A DNA stretch of 32,000 nucleotides, from NCBI RefSeq assembly GCF_037902255.1, contig NZ_CP147990.1, positions 3,840,001 to 3,872,000 on the forward strand, given 5' to 3'. The notes below the pieces were generated by a model that was given only the letters and a program-made list of their open reading frames with translations, searched no databases and was not told the origin of the DNA. This document shows, piece after piece, positions 1-6,822 of the stretch; positions within the stretch are counted from its first letter, which is position 1, and each line of letters opens with the position of its first letter. The stretch comes from Candidatus Electrothrix sp. GW3-4. GTDB taxonomy: Bacteria > Desulfobacterota > Desulfobulbia > Desulfobulbales > Desulfobulbaceae. A program made the position numbers and the translations under genes.

Positions 1-164
<164 letters not shown>

Positions 165-304
165 TCAATCGTCCCTTGGGGACGAGGTATCCCTGCTGGA
201 CATTCGCTAACAGCCCGGTGCGTTATCATCGGGCAAGACTGCTCTACGTCGAACTCAGACATTTATAGGCTCTTCGGCTCCGGGGAGAGGAAGAACCTAG
301 GGTT

Positions 305-358
305 GGGTATGGTTGAACCTATCGCGGAACAGGAAAAAGGTATCCCGAGGTATGGTTC
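305..358 (+). repeat. Dispersed structured repeat, copy A (contains GGTATGGTT twice)
   Basis: An ungapped hand alignment to the reverse complement of 29989-30042 gives 44/54 identical positions. It lies in the intergenic space between the 165-aa gene and galE. Confidence 0.6.
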
Positions 359-404
359 GAGCTCTCCTGGGGGATGTTTTTTCCGTTCGCGGGAGAGGCT
401 CTTC

Positions 405-902
405 CTAACGTTTGAACGAGTTAATAACGTGATTCACCCAGTGGGCTTTTTCCTCGCAATCTTCCAGACTGGGACCGATCATACCAGAAAGCTTCTTCAT
501 GTCATCGACCTGTTCAGCACTGGATGTCGACATATTCAACTCCATGAACTGTTGCTCGAATGCCACTCGAAGCTCGGCAGCAGTCTTCACAGATTGTAGA
601 TACTCCTCATAGGCTGCCACATATGCTCGCGTCGGAACCGAGAGATAGTGCGCATTATCCGCACGAAAGCGGGCAAAATGCTCCACTGCGTCTCCCAGCT
701 TATTATCTACGCTACAAAAATTATCATACGCATCTGCATTGCGCTTTTTCCGAAGAAAACCAAAGAGTGAATAGGGCTCCTGGGGTGTTTTTTGGGTAAT
801 TCTCTGGAACTCCGCAATCAACGATTCGCTCTCCTGGACAATCTGATCCAGCTCAGAATGTATCTTGCTCAGCTGCGGCCTCCCCAACTGACTATCATTC
901 AT
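405..902 (-). CDS. hypothetical protein (165 aa, predicted helical, no family recognised)
   Basis: ORF track. Composition is protein-like, with balanced charge and no low complexity. The competing plus-strand ORFs (72-599, 560-799) look like noise. Confidence 0.55.
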   Translation of the reverse strand: MNDSQLGRPQLSKIHSELDQIVQESESLIAEFQRITQKTPQEPYSLFGFLRKKRNADAYDNFCSVDNKLGDAVEHFARFRADNAHYLSVPTRAYVAAYEEYLQSVKTAAELRVAFEQQFMELNMSTSSAEQVDDMKKLSGMIGPSLEDCEEKAHWVNHVINSFKR

Positions 903-1216
903 ATCTTCTCCTTAAGCTTCCTTGCTCCTTCCTCGTCCCCACAACCGCGCATAACGCATACAGATGTATAACAGAGATTTCCAGCGACTTCAAACGAAAC
1001 AACAACAGCGGGCATACGCCCTGGAACACAGCATCAGGCTGAACCACGGCCCTTTCTTTCCCCTGATCTGCTTTCCCTGCCTGCAATCCCCTTGCTATTT
1101 CCGAGGTCATACGATAACATCACGGCTTATATCAGCTCCGCCCTTGCAAACAGCGGCGGCCATGTTCCCATATAAACTGAAAATCAATATCAACACAAAG
1201 CATATCTGTTTTCTTC

Positions 1217-1498
1217 ATGAGCGAAAAGATACCACAGCAGACACTCGATGGCTGCAAACCAGAGATTCACTACCCCTGTGTCTGGCAGTACAAGGTTATT
1301 GGCATGGAACGCCAAGCAATACAGGCCGCCCTTTCCGAAGAACTGGGAGACGCCCCCTATTCCCTGTCCGAATCCCGCACCTCACGGAAGGGGAAGTATA
1401 TCAGCCTCAACCTGGAGCTGACCGTACATAATGAGGAACAAAGGCTCCACCTGTACAGTTCCCTGACCGCCCATCCCTCGATCAAGCTGGTCCTATGA
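1217..1498 (+). CDS. DUF493 / YbeD-like small protein
   Basis: YPCVWQYKVIG aligns with E. coli YbeD FPTPFTYKVMG. SRKGKYISLNLELTVHNEEQRLHLYSSLTAHPSIKLVL aligns with YbeD [38 protein letters not shown]. The length of 93 aa is typical. Confidence 0.8.
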   Translation: MSEKIPQQTLDGCKPEIHYPCVWQYKVIGMERQAIQAALSEELGDAPYSLSESRTSRKGKYISLNLELTVHNEEQRLHLYSSLTAHPSIKLVL

Positions 1499-2031
1499 AC
1501 CCGGCGGTCCACAATGCCCTTGAAGAGGCCTCGCCAGCCCTTGATGCCAAGATTATCCCGGTCATGCGGGAGGCCATTACCACGGTACAGATGGTCCTCT
1601 TTCAGCGCCTCAAGGAAAATATCTCCCAGCGCTCCGGGCAGTACTCGGAAGAAGAGACGATTCGCTTGGCTGGAGCCCTTGTCAATAATCTCTACGGCAG
1701 CGAGGCGACTGATTCCCAGGTCAACCGCTTTGCCCGCAGCCATCGGGAGCTCATTGAAAAGGAGTTGCGCGGACTCAGCTCCCGGCTCCCGGAATTGATC
1801 CCCCACATCACGGACAGCCTGCGCATGCAGACCCTCTGCGATAACCATGAAGGGATTCACTCCATCCCCTGCCTCTTGCTGGCCAGGGAGCTGGGCCTCT
1901 TGGACGAAGAACGGGAACTCCCCCTGCCCTCCACCTTTATGCTCTCGGTCCGCAAGCTCGGGGCAGCAACCGGCCTGGTCAAACCCATGCAAATGCGTCC
2001 GCCACAGACGGGACAAGAAACAGAGGAGTAA
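1495..2031 (+). CDS. hypothetical protein (178 aa)
   Basis: ATGA start/stop overlap with the DUF493 gene (1495-1498). It ends 4 nt before the ispH ATG, so it fits a three-gene plus-strand operon. No family recognised. Confidence 0.55.
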   Translation: MNPAVHNALEEASPALDAKIIPVMREAITTVQMVLFQRLKENISQRSGQYSEEETIRLAGALVNNLYGSEATDSQVNRFARSHRELIEKELRGLSSRLPELIPHITDSLRMQTLCDNHEGIHSIPCLLLARELGLLDEERELPLPSTFMLSVRKLGAATGLVKPMQMRPPQTGQETEE

Positions 2032-2035
2032 GCAG

Positions 2036-2953
2036 ATGGAGGTCATCCTTGCCCGACCGCGCGGCTTCTGCGCCGGTGTCAACAGGGCCATCAATGTGGT
2101 GAACAAGGCCCTGGAGGTCTACCAGCCCCCGGTCTATGTCCTGCATGAAATCGTCCATAATACCCATGTGATCAGGGAGCTGGAGGAAAAAGGGGCTGTT
2201 TTTGTTGAACAGCTTGAGGATATCCCCAAAGGTTCGATAGCTATTTTCAGTGCCCACGGGGTTTCCCAGGCCGTCAAAGAACGGGCGAACGAGCTGGGCC
2301 TTCGGACCATCAACGCCACCTGTCCCCTGGTCTCCAAGGTACACCGTCGCGTCAGCCTGTTAAATAAAATCAACTATGATGTGGTGGTGATCGGTCATAA
2401 GGGACATCCAGAGGTTGAGGGGACCTGCGGCCATGCCTCTGGTTCCGTGCATGTGGTTTCATCACCAGATGAGGTGCAATGTCTCCAGGTCAATACCCCC
2501 AGCCGCGTGGGTTATGTCACCCAAACCACCCTCAGCATTGATGACACCGCAGAAATGTTGAAGGCGCTACGCAGAAGGTTCCCGGAAATCAGCGCGCCTT
2601 CCCGCACAGATATCTGCTTTGCCACCAGCAACCGGCAAACAGCTGTTCGAGAGCTCAGTAAAGCAGTGGACCTCATCCTGGTTGTCGGTTCAAAGAACAG
2701 CTCGAACTCAAACCGACTCCGTGAGGTCGCCCAAAAGAATAATATCCCCGCACACCTTATTGATCATGCAGGAGAGATAGAGCGGGGATGGCTGGATAAG
2801 GCCCGGCGGATAGGCATAACAGCCGGGGCCTCGGCACCGGAGCACCTTGTCACCGAGTTGGTCGCCTGGTTACGCGAAAACTACAAGGTAAGAACGGTCC
2901 GGGAGATGGATGGGGTGGATGAAACGATCTGTTTTCAATTACCACCCATATAG
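2036..2953 (+). CDS. ispH: 4-hydroxy-3-methylbut-2-enyl diphosphate reductase
   Basis: MEVILARPRGFCAGVNRAINVV..., HEIVHN, GHKGHPEVEG and SSNSNRL are characteristic IspH/LytB motifs. The start is moved to the ATG at 2036, which is preceded by GAGGAG. The 63-codon upstream extension in the ORF track is C/P/S/R-rich junk. Confidence 0.95.
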   Translation: MEVILARPRGFCAGVNRAINVVNKALEVYQPPVYVLHEIVHNTHVIRELEEKGAVFVEQLEDIPKGSIAIFSAHGVSQAVKERANELGLRTINATCPLVSKVHRRVSLLNKINYDVVVIGHKGHPEVEGTCGHASGSVHVVSSPDEVQCLQVNTPSRVGYVTQTTLSIDDTAEMLKALRRRFPEISAPSRTDICFATSNRQTAVRELSKAVDLILVVGSKNSSNSNRLREVAQKNNIPAHLIDHAGEIERGWLDKARRIGITAGASAPEHLVTELVAWLRENYKVRTVREMDGVDETICFQLPPI

Positions 2954-2984
2954 GATCAAGAACAAGCTGAGATGGCGGATCAGA

Positions 2985-3965
2985 TTAAAAGGAATACCCC
3001 ATGGTTATATATACTGACCCCTGATCACTTTCAACTTCCTGATCAATCTGCCCCAACGGCTCCCCGGCAAGCACCTGGTACTGATCCCCGTCAACAGAGA
3101 TATCCGTCAACTGCACGCCCGCTTCCACAAACCACCACGGCGAGATCTGGAAGGTCCCGCTCACCTCAAACATATAGGCAGTGCCGTCCATATCGCCGGT
3201 AGACACCTTATTATAGTAAAGATGATGGAGTTCATCCTCGGAAGAGGCTAGAGGCGCCACAGAAAATTTTCCTGCGAGCTCAAACTGCGAGGTCAACTGC
3301 ACATCAGCAGCCAGCAGGAAATAGATCATGGAAAAGGTGTTCTCATAGGTAACGCCGGTAGAGCCGTTGCCGACATAGGTATAGCCTGAAATACCGGTGG
3401 GAGAGTACTGCATGATCAGGTTGCCCTCGTACTCAAAGTCCTGATACAGGTAACCGATACCGGCAGAGAGGCTCCACGGTCCCTGCTGGAGGTAAGTCCA
3501 CTCAAAATCCAGATCCAGGATGAATGCCTCAAACTCAGAGATACTGCTTTCCGAGTAGATATCCGCTGGTCCGCCCGAAGCAAACCAATCCCGGTCGATC
3601 ATGGTTTCGTCAGGATCATCAACAGCGGTCTTCAGGGTCCCATTGATGCGCCACATGGGGTTCAGGGTCAGCGAGCCATCAAAGCGGGCCAGCAGGATAT
3701 CCATGGGCCACTTCAGTTCACTGATCGGGAAGAAGGTATTCTCATTCTGTCCATTGGCATGGTTGATTTCGCCACCGATGGAAGAGGTCATATCGCCGCT
3801 CACCTCCTCCAGACCAAAGGAGAGGTCAATCATACTTGTTATGTACGGATCAACGTAGGCAGCAGCCTGGGCCTGGTTGAACAGCATACCGGTGCCCATC
3901 AATCCGAATGCCACTCCAAGTCCTCGTATTTTGCGTATCGCCTTTTTTTTTGCTGCTTGTTTCAT
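2985..3965 (-). CDS. omptin-like outer-membrane beta-barrel (putative OM protease), 326 aa
   Basis: Signal peptide ...FNQAQA/AA and a C-terminal aromatic ...MGYSF. Hand alignment to E. coli OmpT gives these correspondences: SELKWP~SQLDWK, TMIDRDWF~NMVDQDWM (Asp83/Asp85 pair), WSLSAGIGYLYQDFEY~YRLGLMAGYQESRYSF, and SSEDELHH~SSDNDEHY (Asp210/His212 region). The ATG overlaps the upstream stop by 1 nt. Confidence 0.6.
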   Translation of the reverse strand: MKQAAKKKAIRKIRGLGVAFGLMGTGMLFNQAQAAAYVDPYITSMIDLSFGLEEVSGDMTSSIGGEINHANGQNENTFFPISELKWPMDILLARFDGSLTLNPMWRINGTLKTAVDDPDETMIDRDWFASGGPADIYSESSISEFEAFILDLDFEWTYLQQGPWSLSAGIGYLYQDFEYEGNLIMQYSPTGISGYTYVGNGSTGVTYENTFSMIYFLLAADVQLTSQFELAGKFSVAPLASSEDELHHLYYNKVSTGDMDGTAYMFEVSGTFQISPWWFVEAGVQLTDISVDGDQYQVLAGEPLGQIDQEVESDQGSVYITMGYSF

Positions 3966-5146
3966 TATACTTTTCCTTCCTTTTTTCCTTTAAGAGACAC
4001 ATTTTTTAAAAGCGGTTTTTTTCCTTTTTCCTCTATGCTGCGTATTTGATCGAAATCAACACGATGGTATAATAAAATGAATAAATCTCCCAAATTATTT
4101 TCAGTATGAGGTATCAACAAGCCATTTTCCTCCTCGAAACAAGTAATCGCATCCTGAAGCTCAGCACTATAATCATAATTTATTTCACCAAAGTAATAAT
4201 TGAGCTTTCTGAGCATCAATTTTAAATATCTAATTCTGGTTAACTTATCAAGCTCCAACCATATCTGATATGCGGATACTGTTTCGTTTGGCGAAGGTCC
4301 ACTCTCCCCGAGGCAACCATTAAAATCTATTTTTTCCCCATACAATCCACGCAGTACCCACAAAGCGGCGGCCTCCACCAATGTTCTCTGGGCTCCGTGC
4401 ATGGCCTCGTTTAATTTTTCTTCTCTGGCAAAGCTCACCCCTCCTTCTCCGGCACCAAAACCAACAGAAAATTCATTTGATTTAGTATGCGTATTGAGCG
4501 TCAGAGTAGTCGCCGCCACAATAGTATTGTCCATCGCATTACCTACATGTACTGTTAGAGAGAGGCTTTTAGATGATTCAGCTTTTCCATATTCAATTTC
4601 CGCCGAACCATGCTTACCATCCACTTCAGCATTATTTCCAAACCCTTTGCTATGATAATCCTCGGAATCATTTTGTGTAAATACGCCTTTGATTCTAATT
4701 ATGCCGGTAACACCATAAATTTTTGCAAGCTCAAGCAAATATTTCTTATCCAATCTGCCGTACACATTTTCTCTTATCAGACCGTTCGGCAACGAATAGG
4801 GAATTACAATTTTTTTATTATAAACACTTCGTTTTATTATAGCTTCAAAATCATACTTACCAGCATCTGCCAACGGACCGTTATCCCTCATTGAACTGAT
4901 AATTAAAGCTTTAGAGTCGGTTATAATGGGCACTGTGCCGTCAAAAAAATCGTCCACCAAAAATAAAACAGGAGAACTCTCTGATTCCGAGAGTTTTTTC
5001 CCTACACACTTCACTGTCTCTGTAAGATTCGTAAGAGCGTCATGTGGTGTTTCCGTATTAATATTCGACATTGATGAATTAATATTAGAACAACCTGATG
5101 CTGCCAATAATAAATATATACAGAAAAAATATAATTTATCAGCCAT
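3965..5146 (-). CDS. lipoprotein, CsgG/HfaB-like N-terminal region fused to a PG_binding_1-like C-terminal domain (393 aa)
   Basis: Lipobox LLLAASG|C. PVLFLVDDFFDGT resembles the CsgG IAVxxFxDxTG motif. GIIRIKGVFTQND...SLSLTVHVGNAMDNTIVAATT...FSVGFGAG...AQRTLVEAAALWVLRGL follows the order of CsgG core elements. The C-terminal LKLMLRKLNYYFGEINYDYSAELQDAITCFEEENGLLIPHTENNLGDLFILL resembles LxxLGYYxGxIDGxFGxxTxxAVxxFQxxxGLxxTG. Recognised by eye only. Confidence 0.45.
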   Translation of the reverse strand: MADKLYFFCIYLLLAASGCSNINSSMSNINTETPHDALTNLTETVKCVGKKLSESESSPVLFLVDDFFDGTVPIITDSKALIISSMRDNGPLADAGKYDFEAIIKRSVYNKKIVIPYSLPNGLIRENVYGRLDKKYLLELAKIYGVTGIIRIKGVFTQNDSEDYHSKGFGNNAEVDGKHGSAEIEYGKAESSKSLSLTVHVGNAMDNTIVAATTLTLNTHTKSNEFSVGFGAGEGGVSFAREEKLNEAMHGAQRTLVEAAALWVLRGLYGEKIDFNGCLGESGPSPNETVSAYQIWLELDKLTRIRYLKLMLRKLNYYFGEINYDYSAELQDAITCFEEENGLLIPHTENNLGDLFILLYHRVDFDQIRSIEEKGKKPLLKNVSLKGKKEGKV

Positions 5147-5632
5147 GTTGATATATTACCCTGTCAATAAAAACAATCATAATTGATGAATTCGTAAAAA
5201 GTCGGTCGTGCCCTTCTTGACTGTTGTTAGGGTAAAAATCGCGAAATACTTATGGGGGGTTCCGGTTATGGAAATCTTGAGCAGTAAAATAAGTCGGTTC
5301 GTTGAATCGCGTCCGTTTTCTGGATTCAACAAAACTCAATAAGGCCACTTATCCACTATTAATCACGAAAATTTCCGTTTTTTACGAAACGGCAGAAAGA
5401 TAAAACAACAAAAAAGGGGTAAACGGCACATTTAAACCTGCCGATTAGAGGTGAGGAATTGATAAATCAAGTAGCACAACACATGATGTACCGTTATTAT
5501 ATTTGATTTAAAAATTACAAACGAACAGATATTCAAGGAACTTCATATAAGGTTCGGCCTGTTAAGCACGATAAAAAAAACCTACACACAGCGCAAAATT
5601 CTAAAGAGGATTTAAACTGCTCTCAAAAAAGA

Positions 5633-5968
5633 TCAATCACATTTAAACGTAAGGCTTTTAATCAAAAATTCCTGTGAAATATTATCACCGTCACTATCGT
5701 TGTAATTTCCATAGAACACACATTTTGGCTCTTCAATATTATCCACTGCTACAATATTCCCGTCCTCTTCCTTCACAATTTCTCCGTTTGTTTTGAGCGG
5801 AGTCGTTCCGACAAACACTTTCAGACTTTTATTCATAACGCTATTCAAGCTCGGATTGGCTTTCAAGCTTGGCACAGACGCCTTTTTTATTTCAGCGCCA
5901 CCTATCGCCGGCGCACTTACATATAAAAAAATCGCAACCAACAGAGCATACAGTGTCCTTGACAACAT
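5633..5968 (-). CDS. small secreted protein (111 aa), C-terminus ...FKCD
   Basis: The start is moved to the ATG at 5968, preceded by AAGGAG 7 nt upstream. Signal peptide MLSRTLYALLVAIFLYVSAPAIGGA. Two Cys residues in the mature part. No family recognised. Confidence 0.6.
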   Translation of the reverse strand: MLSRTLYALLVAIFLYVSAPAIGGAEIKKASVPSLKANPSLNSVMNKSLKVFVGTTPLKTNGEIVKEEDGNIVAVDNIEEPKCVFYGNYNDSDGDNISQEFLIKSLTFKCD

Positions 5969-6088
5969 AAACACTCTCCTTATAACAACATCATTCACCT
6001 TAAAATACAATATGTACCACACGCATACATCTTCTTTACATTCTAACTATACAACATTTTACCCATGAAGAATCGTATAAAACAATCC

Positions 6089-6110
6089 GGGACGTTTTTT
6101 TAAACGTCCC
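6089..6110 (-). terminator. candidate intrinsic terminator after the 137-aa repeat-protein gene
   Basis: GGGACGTTT (6089-6097), loop TTTT, AAACGTCCC (6102-6110): a perfect 9-bp stem. On the minus-strand transcript it is followed by GGAUUGUUUUAU, so the U-tract starts 5 nt after the stem and is imperfect. It lies 64 nt downstream of the stop at 6174. Confidence 0.4.
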
Positions 6111-6173
6111 GAAAAGAACCGCGATTCAATCACCAACAACAACGGCGACTGTGTCACTCAAAACAGCTGACGA

Positions 6174-6587
6174 TCAATCACATGTTTTACAGCTGCTCAC
6201 AACATTAACACCCTGAATGGATCTTTGATTGTTGCGTGCCTTCATTGTTAATTTCTTGAGTTCAGCATTTTGCTTGGAATCTTCCACTTCGCCGGTCATA
6301 ATATTCATACCCTGCACTGAATCAGTAGCTGAATTCTGATCCATAGAAACCGAACTTGAGGCCTCAACTTTCTGCGTGATGTTCTCAGACTTGCTGCTTT
6401 CGACAACGTTGATACCCTGTAAAGAATTTCGGTCGTCATCTGACTCCAGCTGAGTTTGACCGATCTCAGCATTTTGCGTGAGATCTTCCACGGGGTCACC
6501 GCCATGACCGCCCCAGCCATTAGCCATAGACACAGAAGGAACCATCAACATAGCCAATGCAATTGCGGTACAAATTTTTTTATTCAT
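6174..6587 (-). CDS. secreted Q/N/S-rich acidic repeat protein (137 aa), C-terminus ...KTCD
   Basis: The start is moved to the ATG at 6587, preceded by AAGGTGA. Signal peptide MNKKICTAIALAMLMVPSVSMA. There are three units of about 34 aa ending SLQGINVV (55-62), SVQGMNIM (90-97) and SIQGVNVV (123-130). QNAE[IL] occurs at 38 and 106. Confidence 0.7.
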   Translation of the reverse strand: MNKKICTAIALAMLMVPSVSMANGWGGHGGDPVEDLTQNAEIGQTQLESDDDRNSLQGINVVESSKSENITQKVEASSSVSMDQNSATDSVQGMNIMTGEVEDSKQNAELKKLTMKARNNQRSIQGVNVVSSCKTCD

Positions 6588-6640
6588 TTTTATCACCTTT
6601 CTTTTCTTGTTTCGGCCTAGCGTCATTGCCAGCCAGTACT

Positions 6641-6680
6641 ATTATAATGTCAATCTACGATACCATCACGCAGGTGTCAA
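6641..6680 (-). promoter_or_regulatory. sigma70-like promoter for the repeat-protein gene
   Basis: On the minus strand: TTGACA (6680-6675), a 17-nt spacer, then TAGATT (6657-6652). An overlapping TTGACA/TATAAT (TATAAT = 6646-6641) is also present. It sits about 55-60 nt upstream of the start codon. Confidence 0.35.
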
Positions 6681-6822
6681 TTGAAAATTAGTACTTTTCT
6701 GTAAAAAAATACAACTTTTTGTACTTTTCCGCTTGTGCCAGAATGAAAAAAAATAACTTCCCGATTTGCTCCACTGTTGCTGATCTGCTCAAATTGCATG
6801 GCTTCAAGAAGCGCAAAACAGC

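Noticed and set aside
340-372. tRNA-like T-arm (GGTTCGAGC) inside repeat copy A
   Set aside because: No acceptor, D or anticodon arms can be built around it. The same segment is part of the dispersed repeat.
1847-2035. 63-codon N-terminal extension of ispH in the ORF track
   Set aside because: The extension is C/P/S/W-rich junk that overlaps the upstream gene. A GAGGAG SD precedes the internal ATG at 2036, which gives the canonical MEVILA..RGFCAGV N-terminus.
1357-2106. 249-aa minus-strand ORF overlapping the 178-aa gene and the ispH start
   Set aside because: The translation is R/G/L-rich and motif-free. The plus-strand alternative is translationally coupled to the DUF493 gene and abuts ispH.
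6722-6742. Possible sigma54 promoter (minus-strand CTGGCACAAGCGGAAAAG) upstream of the repeat-protein gene
   Set aside because: The -24 TGGCAC is present, but the expected -12 TTGC/GC element is absent at the correct spacing (AA instead of GC).
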